A stretch of 58,278 nt of DNA from Clostridia bacterium. Lineage in GTDB: Bacteria; Bacillota; Clostridia; Christensenellales; UMGS416. This document shows, piece by piece, positions 28,655-37,076 of this stretch. A program made the translations under genes and the position numbers. Each line of letters opens with the position of its first letter. The first letter of the stretch is position 1. Under the pieces are notes generated by a model. It worked only from the letters and a program-made list of their open reading frames with translations. It was not told the origin of the DNA and ran no database searches. The stretch spans positions 1 through 58,278 of the forward strand of contig DAOWFX010000015.1 of assembly GCA_030637745.1 (NCBI GenBank). The letters are read 5' to 3'.

Positions 28655-28686
28655 AGACTTCCACCGACATGTGCGGAGGAAGTCCT
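28655..28686. repeat. Palindromic REP/terminator-like repeat (partner 48238-48266)
   Basis: CTTCCACCGACATGTGCGG(A/G)GGAAGTCCT occurs twice with one mismatch. Confidence 0.85.
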
Positions 28687-28702
28687 TATGATATGTTTTA
28701 GA

Positions 28703-28754
28703 GTACACACAATTTTCAAGACCCTCGATTCAAATTCACTTTATTTGAATCGAA
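28703..28754 (-). repeat. Dispersed hairpin repeat, copy B
   Basis: Minus strand TTCGATTCAAATAAAGTGAATTTGAATCGAGGGTCTTGAAAATTGTGTGTAC; matches 9360-9408. Confidence 0.8.
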
Positions 28755-28764
28755 AGCGGAAGCG

Positions 28765-30648
28765 TTAACTTGCGCGCCCCGTCAAATCCGCACCGGTAAA
28801 CTGAGAGTTATAAAGGTCTGCATAGAAACCGTTTTTGTCCATGAGATACTGGTGATTGCCTTGTTCGATGACTTCTCCGTCGTTCATAACTAAAATTGTT
28901 GATGCATCGCGAATGGTTGAGAGCCTGTGGGCGATGACAAAATTAGTTCTACCCTTCATCAGCTCTATCATTCCATTTTGGATATATGCTTCAGTCCGCG
29001 TATCAACAGAACTTGTTGCTTCATCAAGTATGAGTATCGTAGGATCTGCCAATAGCGCACGTGCGATCGTTAGAAGCTGTTTCTGTCCTTGTGAGATATT
29101 GGTTGCTTCCTCGTTCAGTACTGTATCATATCCATCGGGGAGTGTTCTGATGAAATGGTCTGCATGTGCAATTTTCGCAGCTGCGGTAATTTCTTCGTCG
29201 GTAGCATCGTCCACGCCATATGCGATGTTTTCCTTTATGGTGCCGTTGTAGAGCCATGTATCTTGTAATACCATACCGAACATGCTGCGTAAATCGTGGC
29301 GTGTCATATCACGTATATCAACGCCATCGACGCGAATAGTACCACTATCCACTTCATAAAAACGCATTAGTAAGTTGACGAGGGTGGTTTTTCCTGCACC
29401 TGTGGGACCTACGATAGCGATAACTTCACCGGGCCGCACATTCAGGTTCATGTCCTTAATGATAGTGACGCCTTCATCGTAACCAAAGGATACACCGTCA
29501 AACTGAACTGCTCCCTTTGGCATTTCGATGACTGTTGGGTTCTTCGTATCTTCTATCATCTCCGCTTCATCTAAGACTTCAAACACACGCTCTGCTGCTG
29601 CTACTGCTGATTGCATGACATTTGCGATTTGCGCTGTTTGCGCAATGGGCTGTGTGAAGCTTCTTGAATACTGTATAAAGGCTTGTACGTCACCGATTGC
29701 CAGTCTACCGTTGATGACCAAGATGCCACCGACAACGCTAACTACAACATAACTGAAATTATTTACTACATTCATTAGTGGCATCATAATTCCACTCATA
29801 AACTGTGCTTTCCAACCGACATTATAAAGACGCTCATTGATTTCATCAAACTGCTCAATGGTCTTTTCCTCTTTGGAGAACGCCTTAACAATACTATGTC
29901 CTGAGTACATCTCCTCGACATGTCCATTTATCTTTCCGATTTCCTTTTGCTGTCCTTTGAAATATTTCTGAGAACGTTTAATGACGCCTTGTGCAATAAC
30001 CATAACCATTGGAAGCACGATTAGCGTTACCAATGTCATAATCCATGAGATTGTAAACATCATAATGGTAACACCGATAATGGTGGTGAATGCTGTAATG
30101 ACTTGTGTAAGACTCTGCTGGAGCGTATTGGATATCGTATCAATATCATTGGTCACGCGACTTAAGATCTCACCATGTGTCTTTGTATCAAAATACTTTA
30201 GTGGCAATCGTGAGAGTTTGTTTTTGACTTCATTTCTCATATCATAAACAATGTTTTGAGAGACGCCTGCCATGACATACTGTTGAATATATCCTAAGAA
30301 TGCACTTATTAAATACAGTCCTAGTACAATGAGTATGATTTGTCCGATGCCTGCAAAGTCTATTGCAGCACCTGGTATGCCCATCATCTTACCCTGTAGG
30401 CCTTCAAATATCTTAGTGGTGGCTTTACCCAACATCTTAGGTCCCACAATGGCAAAGACAGCACTGCCTGCAGCCATAAAAAAGACAAAGAGAATGGGTC
30501 CTCTTTTCTTACTTAAATATCTTACAAGTCGTTTGAATGATTCTTTAAAATTCTTGGCTTTTTCTATAGGTCCACCACCGTGCATACCGCCAGGACCGCG
30601 ACCACCACGTACAGAAGGTCTGCTACTTTTACTTTGTTGATTACTCAT
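28765..30648 (-). CDS. Heterodimeric ABC exporter subunit (TM288-like, consensus site)
   Basis: TMD plus GPTGAGKTT, ISQGQKQ, LDEATS, IAHRL. Confidence 0.95.
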   Translation of the reverse strand: MSNQQSKSSRPSVRGGRGPGGMHGGGPIEKAKNFKESFKRLVRYLSKKRGPILFVFFMAAGSAVFAIVGPKMLGKATTKIFEGLQGKMMGIPGAAIDFAGIGQIILIVLGLYLISAFLGYIQQYVMAGVSQNIVYDMRNEVKNKLSRLPLKYFDTKTHGEILSRVTNDIDTISNTLQQSLTQVITAFTTIIGVTIMMFTISWIMTLVTLIVLPMVMVIAQGVIKRSQKYFKGQQKEIGKINGHVEEMYSGHSIVKAFSKEEKTIEQFDEINERLYNVGWKAQFMSGIMMPLMNVVNNFSYVVVSVVGGILVINGRLAIGDVQAFIQYSRSFTQPIAQTAQIANVMQSAVAAAERVFEVLDEAEMIEDTKNPTVIEMPKGAVQFDGVSFGYDEGVTIIKDMNLNVRPGEVIAIVGPTGAGKTTLVNLLMRFYEVDSGTIRVDGVDIRDMTRHDLRSMFGMVLQDTWLYNGTIKENIAYGVDDATDEEITAAAKIAHADHFIRTLPDGYDTVLNEEATNISQGQKQLLTIARALLADPTILILDEATSSVDTRTEAYIQNGMIELMKGRTNFVIAHRLSTIRDASTILVMNDGEVIEQGNHQYLMDKNGFYADLYNSQFTGADLTGRAS

Positions 30649-32372
30649 GCGAGTTCCTCCTCTGACAACTGTGAGGAAACAATCTCACGGTATATTTCGC
30701 AACTATCCAATAGCTTGCTGTGTGTACCTTGTCCTACAATCATTCCATTATCCAAGACAATGATATTGTTTGCATTCATTACTGTGGACACACGTTGTGC
30801 TACAATCAACACAGTGGAATCCTGTATCTCATTGGTTAGTGCCATTCTAAGTCTTGCGTCCGTCTTGAAGTCCAACGCTGAGAAACTATCATCAAAAATA
30901 TAGATCTCCGGTCTGCGAATTATTGCGCGTGCAATTGATAACCTTTGCTTTTGTCCTCCAGAGAAGTTGGTGCCACCTTGGGATACTTCTGCATTGCTGC
31001 CTTCATCGATATCGTCAACAAACTCTTTGGCCTGTGCTGTTTCTAGGGCAATGTTAATTTCTTCTTGGTTGGCATCCTCTTTTCCAAAGCGCACGTTGTC
31101 TTCTATCGTGCCCTGGAAGAGGTTTATCTTCTGTGGTACCAACCCTATCTTATCTCGAAGTGTCTTCATATCCATATCTTTAACATCAACACCATCAACT
31201 AAAACCTTACCTGATGCAACGTCATAAAAGCGGGGGATGAGATTGATCAAGGTTGACTTACCGGAGCCGGTACCACCGATAATTGCGGTAGTCTCTCCTG
31301 GCTTTGCGCTAAATGATATGTTGCACAAAACCGGCTCTTGTGCACCTTGATACTTAAAGCTGACATCTTGAAAGTCTATATACCCTTTTTTGTCAGTTGC
31401 ATCTATGGGATTTTTGGGATTGGTGACGGAAAGCTCCATGTCCAATATTTCATTTACACGCACTGCAGATGCTTGCGCTCTGGGAAGCATAACAAACATC
31501 ATGGTTGCCATAATCAAAGAGAACATGATTTGCATTGCATATTGTTGAAATGCCATTAAGTCTCCTACCATCATTGCACCTGCATCAATACGCTTTGCGC
31601 CAAACCATATGATCGCAATTAATGTGACATTCATCAGTAGCATAATCGCAGGCATCGCAACGCTCATAATCCTATATACTTTAATTGCATTATTGGTAAG
31701 GTCTTTGTTGGCAACATCAAATCTACCTTTTTCATATTCTGTTTTGTTAAATGCGCGAATAACGCGCATACCGGTAAGACCTTCTCTCAGAACTAAGTTT
31801 ACGCTATCGAGCTTTTTCTGCATCACCTTAAATAAGGGAATACCATTTTTTAAGATGAAGAGCACGAGAATACCTAAAATAACAACAACACCGACGAGAA
31901 TAAGAGTAAGTGGTCCATCCTTTTGCAGTGACATAATCACACCACCAACAAACATTATAGGTGCCATCAATAACATGTTGAGTATCATGACCATGACATT
32001 TTGAATCTGCGTTACGTCATTGGTGGAACGCGTAATCAGCGATGCAGTACCGATTTTATCAAACTCATTGAGTGAGTAATTTTCAACCGATACAAAAATT
32101 GAGCGACGCAAGTCTTTTGCAAAGCCTACGCCCACTTTTGCTGAAAAAAACCGTGCAACAATGGTACAGATGCTAACGAGTATAGTAAACCCTAACATGA
32201 TAGCACCAGTCTCCAAAATGAAGCCGACATCTTCACCAACCACACCTTTGTCGATGATATCACTCATTAGATTGGGAAGATACAATTGACTGATTGCCTG
32301 AACAAACGTCAATGCTGTGATGAGTATCACTTGCCATTTGTATGGCGCAAGATACCTGAATAGCTTTTTCAT
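30645..32372 (-). CDS. Heterodimeric ABC exporter subunit (TM287-like, degenerate site)
   Basis: GGTGSGKST, FSGGQKQ, FDDSFS, VAQR. Confidence 0.95.
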   Translation of the reverse strand: MKKLFRYLAPYKWQVILITALTFVQAISQLYLPNLMSDIIDKGVVGEDVGFILETGAIMLGFTILVSICTIVARFFSAKVGVGFAKDLRRSIFVSVENYSLNEFDKIGTASLITRSTNDVTQIQNVMVMILNMLLMAPIMFVGGVIMSLQKDGPLTLILVGVVVILGILVLFILKNGIPLFKVMQKKLDSVNLVLREGLTGMRVIRAFNKTEYEKGRFDVANKDLTNNAIKVYRIMSVAMPAIMLLMNVTLIAIIWFGAKRIDAGAMMVGDLMAFQQYAMQIMFSLIMATMMFVMLPRAQASAVRVNEILDMELSVTNPKNPIDATDKKGYIDFQDVSFKYQGAQEPVLCNISFSAKPGETTAIIGGTGSGKSTLINLIPRFYDVASGKVLVDGVDVKDMDMKTLRDKIGLVPQKINLFQGTIEDNVRFGKEDANQEEINIALETAQAKEFVDDIDEGSNAEVSQGGTNFSGGQKQRLSIARAIIRRPEIYIFDDSFSALDFKTDARLRMALTNEIQDSTVLIVAQRVSTVMNANNIIVLDNGMIVGQGTHSKLLDSCEIYREIVSSQLSEEELA

Positions 32373-32399
32373 AAATTCTTTCCTTTGGTTAATATTTAT

Positions 32400-32975
32400 T
32401 TACATCAAGATTGTGTCAATGACCTTGTTTACAAGCCATATCAAATCATCTTCTTCATTGGTACCACCATGGTGGTGTCTTATGATATAATTTCGCAATG
32501 CAAATCCGTTGATATTGGTCATAAAAAATACCATCAGCTTATGTGGATCATCCTTGATAATCCCCTTTTCCTTAAGGCTTATAAAATACTTCCGCACTGC
32601 ATTCAAATCAGCACTTTCCTTTTTCTGTGTATGTTTTGATGTTTCTGAATTAAAGATAGCATCCTTAATCATCATTCGTACAAGATCACTGTTTTTCTTA
32701 TATCCTAATATAATTTTGTCTGCCATAAACAGTAGGTCTTTCCTTGCATCATATGTTGCCTCATTATTGATAAAAGAGACAAGATCAAAGGAGTGCATCT
32801 GTTCTTTGATAATCGTTTTAAATAAATTGCGTTTGTTTTCAAAATGACGAAATAAGGTCACTTCACTGACTCCTGCTTTTTTTGCGATTTCTTTTGTCGT
32901 AATCGCAGCATATCCATTACGTGAAAACAACTCTCTGGCAGCTTCCATAATTCGAGTTCTTGCATCTTTTGACAA
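32400..32975 (-). CDS. TetR/AcrR family regulator
   Basis: IMEAARELFSRNGY..IAKKAGVSEVTLFRHF; GGAGG RBS, TTG start. Confidence 0.93.
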   Translation of the reverse strand: MSKDARTRIMEAARELFSRNGYAAITTKEIAKKAGVSEVTLFRHFENKRNLFKTIIKEQMHSFDLVSFINNEATYDARKDLLFMADKIILGYKKNSDLVRMMIKDAIFNSETSKHTQKKESADLNAVRKYFISLKEKGIIKDDPHKLMVFFMTNINGFALRNYIIRHHHGGTNEEDDLIWLVNKVIDTILM

Positions 32976-32991
32976 GAAAAGCCCTCCCTTG

Positions 32992-33015
32992 ATGTATGTA
33001 AGTACTTACTAACAT
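32992..33015. promoter_or_regulatory. Palindromic TetR operator candidate
   Basis: GTAAGTACTTAC (32998-33009) flanked by ATGT..ACAT, just downstream of a minus-strand TATAAT. Confidence 0.7.
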
Positions 33016-33104
33016 ATTATACAAAAAAAAGGTTTTGTCAATATATCGATTATTAATAATTTGTGAATCGTCAGATGACTAATATGATTTTACGATTGAT
33101 ATCA

Positions 33105-33866
33105 CTACTTTGTGTGCTCTGAGATAAATGTGCGAATATTTTCAATCAATACATCGAACTCAGGCTGTACGGTGCACAAATGCTTCGACTCTTCCAAATA
33201 GAAAATGCGCTTATCCTTAACGTTGATGCTTTTGTCATAGATCAATTGTGCAGCACGAACTGGTACGACTCTATCCTTTTTGCTATGAATAATTAACAAT
33301 GGACAGGTAATATCTTCGATGCCATTGTTTGCCAGTTTCTGTAGTTTCAATAAATCCGGAACTTTCCCGACAGGTGTACATGTATAGCCTATTTCATATG
33401 GGTGTGAATCCTTATCCCGTATTCCAGATCCCTTATAGCGAATGAAATGCTTCATAAAAAATGCAAACTTTGCAAATGGATCTGTAATATCCACAGCAGA
33501 TGCAATAGATATGGCGCCATTAACACTATATTCCTTAGCTAGAATCAATGTTAGCAATCCACCCATGGACAGCCCGCAAACGATGACCTTATCACACTTT
33601 TTCTGCAATTGCGTTAAACCTTCTCGTGCAGCTTCAAGCCATTGCTTCCAGTCTGCTTTTTCCATATCAGTAATGTGCGTTCCATGCCCCGGAAGACAGA
33701 TGCCTGAAACTGTGTAGCCATCGCCTGAAAGTGTTTCACCTATCTTCTTCATGGTCCCGGGAGAACCTGTAAAACCATGTATTAATAATACCCCTGTTGT
33801 ACCACCTTCAAAGAAAAAAGCTTTGGTGTGTGGATTGTCGTCAATTCTTTCAAATGTTCTTGCCAT
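33105..33866 (-). CDS. Carboxylesterase/monoacylglycerol lipase-like alpha/beta hydrolase
   Basis: LLIHGFTGS, LPGHG, GLSMGG, D..V, H. Confidence 0.9.
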   Translation of the reverse strand: MARTFERIDDNPHTKAFFFEGGTTGVLLIHGFTGSPGTMKKIGETLSGDGYTVSGICLPGHGTHITDMEKADWKQWLEAAREGLTQLQKKCDKVIVCGLSMGGLLTLILAKEYSVNGAISIASAVDITDPFAKFAFFMKHFIRYKGSGIRDKDSHPYEIGYTCTPVGKVPDLLKLQKLANNGIEDITCPLLIIHSKKDRVVPVRAAQLIYDKSINVKDKRIFYLEESKHLCTVQPEFDVLIENIRTFISEHTK

Positions 33867-33928
33867 AATAGTCCCTTACAATACAACAAACGCCATTGAT
33901 TCAATAACGTTTGAAGTCTCCTAATAAA

Positions 33929-34582
33929 TTATTCTGCTCTTTTTTCAAGCTTCCTTATATCCTCATTGGCACCGATAACAACTAGTGTATCTCCACTTTC
34001 AATGATATCTTCTCCGCGGGGTGAAATATTAATAATACCGCCATGCTTAATTGCCATTACATTGACACCGAACTTTACACGCATATCCAAATCCTTTAAG
34101 CTGCTTCCAGTCCAAGCATCATGTACACTGATTTCAACCAATGAATGGTCATTGGAAAGCTCTATAAAGTCCAGCACATTCGAGGACACAAGATTGTGCG
34201 CCAATCGCATACCCATATCTCGTTCGGGAAATACAACGCGGTCTACTCCGATCTTTCGAAGTACCCGTGCATGTAATTCGTTTTGTGCCTTTGCAATAAC
34301 CGTCTTAATACCCATTTCCTTGCACAATAAGCACACCAAAATAGATGCTTGAATATCGCCACCTATGGTGACCACTGCAACATCAAAATTTCTCACGCCC
34401 AATGCGATCAGAGTTTGCTCGTCGGTTGCATCTGCAATAACTGCATGTGTAACATACTCGCTGATTTCTTCAATGCTTTCTTCTTGAGCATCAATAACAA
34501 GCACATCATGACCCAATGAAAATAATGTTCGTGCAATGGATGCACCAAAGCGTCCAATTCCTATAATTGCAAATTGTTTCAT
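33929..34582 (-). CDS. ktrA: KtrA/TrkA potassium uptake RCK protein
   Basis: IGIGRFG, AKAQ, VFPERDMG, TrkA_C domain. Confidence 0.9.
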   Translation of the reverse strand: MKQFAIIGIGRFGASIARTLFSLGHDVLVIDAQEESIEEISEYVTHAVIADATDEQTLIALGVRNFDVAVVTIGGDIQASILVCLLCKEMGIKTVIAKAQNELHARVLRKIGVDRVVFPERDMGMRLAHNLVSSNVLDFIELSNDHSLVEISVHDAWTGSSLKDLDMRVKFGVNVMAIKHGGIINISPRGEDIIESGDTLVVIGANEDIRKLEKRAE

Positions 34583-34597
34583 ATCATTATTCCTTTA

Positions 34598-35887
34598 CTA
34601 TTGTATATTGAGTACACGTTTTGGATTATCATATAGAATTAGTTTTGCAACATCAATTGCCTTTTGTGGTGTGATAATCTCTTGATCGACTACGATGGAT
34701 AGTGCTCTTGCGATATTGATACGTGCAATCTCTAACTGTCCATAGATAATATCCGGATGCTCTGCATTGCCACCAAATCCTAATATTTTGTTGGCAGGGA
34801 CTGCACCGATTGCTTCTAAGACACACTGAACTGCGCTCTGTGGGCTCAAACTATGAACCCATGCAAGATCTAATGTGACATTGGAAAACTTCTTACAAAG
34901 TGCCACGACTTCATTCCACCATGGCCATCCTGAATGAATGAGGTCAAATTTAACATTTTCAAATCGCAGTATAGTATTGTCAAGCAGCATGGGACGTGCA
35001 TCCTTTAGTAGCCCTTCATCTCCCTGTTGTAGTCCTGTATGAATCTGCACTGTGATGTCGCGACCGCGAAATGAGCTAAATATCTGACCCATGATATAGT
35101 CCTGTAAGTCTTTTGAAAACTCAAAATGATCACGTACGCCACGCCCATCTTGACTCCAGACTTCCATGACCTTGTCAAACTCTTTTTTGGCTTGTTTGTA
35201 AGGTATCTTACGAAAGCGAATAGAGCGACAACATGCAAGATCAACCATCACCACTTTGATGCCTTGATACAAGACTTCGCTAAGCTCTTCTTGAAATGCA
35301 GCCATCCAATCATCCAACGTCTTGATAGGATGATAGTGGGCTTCAAGCCACTGTACGAACTTGCCTGCAACCGGTATTGGATTGACATACTTCTCAGGAC
35401 GCCATACTCTTGAAAATACGCGTTTGTCACAGTCAAATCGATTGACATCATCTTTGACATCAATCATCACATGCTCTATTGAACAGCGGTTGACGATGGT
35501 GTTGTAGGTATAATCTTTTTGGCTGGTAGCTTCATTGAATGAATCATTCAAAATGTGAATAGTCTCTTTTGTAATCTCTTCAACTCCATGTAACCCCGAC
35601 GCAGCAGCAGCCACAGCGCGTCCTTGTCCCATCATTTTGCACATATCAAAATAAGGCTCAATAATGGCAAAGCGTTCATGTAAATCAAAGCTATCATCCA
35701 TCGCTTCTTGATATAATCGTTCTGTAAGACCTGCTGAAATTAAATCCATATGGATATGATTCCCGAAATAAGTCTGGATGCAGTCCTTAGGGATATGCAT
35801 TTTGCTTTTCTCTACAGGAATATGTTCGTGCGTATCGATAACCGGCAATGTATAGATTGCCGATATGATTTGTTTGTATGATGACAC
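34598..35887 (-). CDS. Amidohydrolase family protein (uronate isomerase-like)
   Basis: IDTHEH, QIHTG, LIHSGWPW, DLAW, NKILGFGG. Confidence 0.8.
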   Translation of the reverse strand: MSSYKQIISAIYTLPVIDTHEHIPVEKSKMHIPKDCIQTYFGNHIHMDLISAGLTERLYQEAMDDSFDLHERFAIIEPYFDMCKMMGQGRAVAAAASGLHGVEEITKETIHILNDSFNEATSQKDYTYNTIVNRCSIEHVMIDVKDDVNRFDCDKRVFSRVWRPEKYVNPIPVAGKFVQWLEAHYHPIKTLDDWMAAFQEELSEVLYQGIKVVMVDLACCRSIRFRKIPYKQAKKEFDKVMEVWSQDGRGVRDHFEFSKDLQDYIMGQIFSSFRGRDITVQIHTGLQQGDEGLLKDARPMLLDNTILRFENVKFDLIHSGWPWWNEVVALCKKFSNVTLDLAWVHSLSPQSAVQCVLEAIGAVPANKILGFGGNAEHPDIIYGQLEIARINIARALSIVVDQEIITPQKAIDVAKLILYDNPKRVLNIQ

Positions 35888-35975
35888 TGTGGTCTCCTTT
35901 GTTTGTTTTATACTCCATTATACCAAAAATTACGCATTTTGTGTGCGTTATCTTGTAATGATGGTGGTAAGGTCG

Positions 35976-37076
35976 CTACGATTTGTGTAGTTTTCCATTT
36001 TCGATGATACGAATATCAACGTCGTTTCTGTCGTGAAGTAGCTTCTTATCAATATCCACACAAGTGATGAATGTTTGGACATTGCCGATATAATTTAGCA
36101 GCCATGTCCTTCTTGAATTGTCCAGCTCAGAAAATACATCATCTAACAATAGCAATGGATACTCCCCTGTAATCTTTTTCATGATATCCACTTCTGCAAG
36201 CTTCATGGATAGTGCACAAGTTCGTTGCTGCCCTTGAGAGCCGAAAGCACGTACATCGATACCATTGACACTCATAATGATATCATCTCGATGTGGTCCT
36301 GCTGTAGTTGTTGTACGCTTAATGTCATTGTCTCGATGCTTTTTAAAATGTGCAACCAACTTTTCTTCTAATTCTTCTTCATTATCTGTCTGGAAAGATG
36401 CTTGATACTTCACCTCAAGCTTTTCCTTGTTTCCTGTAAGCTCACTATGGATTTTGGAGCACTTAGTGTCCAGAGACTTTACAAACTTCGCACGGCGAAC
36501 GCTTAAGTAAGCACCATACTTCGCAAGCTGTGCATCCCAAATATCCAATGTATCTACGTTCTTGGTAACTGCAATTGCTTTTAATAGTGAATTTCTTTGA
36601 TCCAAAGCTTTGATGTATCTTTGTAGATTATAGAAATAGGTACTCGACATCTGAGATAGTGCAATATCAACAAACCGTCGCCTTAAGGATGGACCGCTTT
36701 TGATTAATTGTAGATCTTCTGGTGAAAACATGACAGCATTCATATGCCCCATCAACTGTCCTAATCTTCGTGCAGGAGAATTGTTGATTCTAACCGCTTT
36801 TTTGTTGGTAGATGATAGCTTGATTTCAATACGATGCGTGCCATCATTTTGCATACAGGTTGCATCGATGAACGCAGATGGGCTGCCAAACTTGATCAAT
36901 TCCTTATCTCTTGATGTCCTGTGGCTTCTTCCGGTGCAACAAATGTGAATGGCTTCCAACATATTGGTCTTACCTTGTGCATTCTCCCCGCTGAGTAGTG
37001 TAATCTGATCATGCGGCTCAAAGGTCATGGTGTCAAGATTTCTAAAGTTGCTATATGTTATTTTCTTTAACTTCAC
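35976..37076 (-). CDS. recF: DNA replication/repair protein RecF
   Basis: NFRN, GENAQGKTN, RRRFVD, GPHRDD, GSQGQQR, LLLDDVFSELD. Confidence 0.97.
   Translation of the reverse strand: MKLKKITYSNFRNLDTMTFEPHDQITLLSGENAQGKTNMLEAIHICCTGRSHRTSRDKELIKFGSPSAFIDATCMQNDGTHRIEIKLSSTNKKAVRINNSPARRLGQLMGHMNAVMFSPEDLQLIKSGPSLRRRFVDIALSQMSSTYFYNLQRYIKALDQRNSLLKAIAVTKNVDTLDIWDAQLAKYGAYLSVRRAKFVKSLDTKCSKIHSELTGNKEKLEVKYQASFQTDNEEELEEKLVAHFKKHRDNDIKRTTTTAGPHRDDIIMSVNGIDVRAFGSQGQQRTCALSMKLAEVDIMKKITGEYPLLLLDDVFSELDNSRRTWLLNYIGNVQTFITCVDIDKKLLHDRNDVDIRIIENGKLHKS

Noticed and set aside
33929-34582. ktrA without ktrB, and cobO without other cob genes
   Set aside because: Stand-alone copies are common; partners are probably elsewhere in the genome
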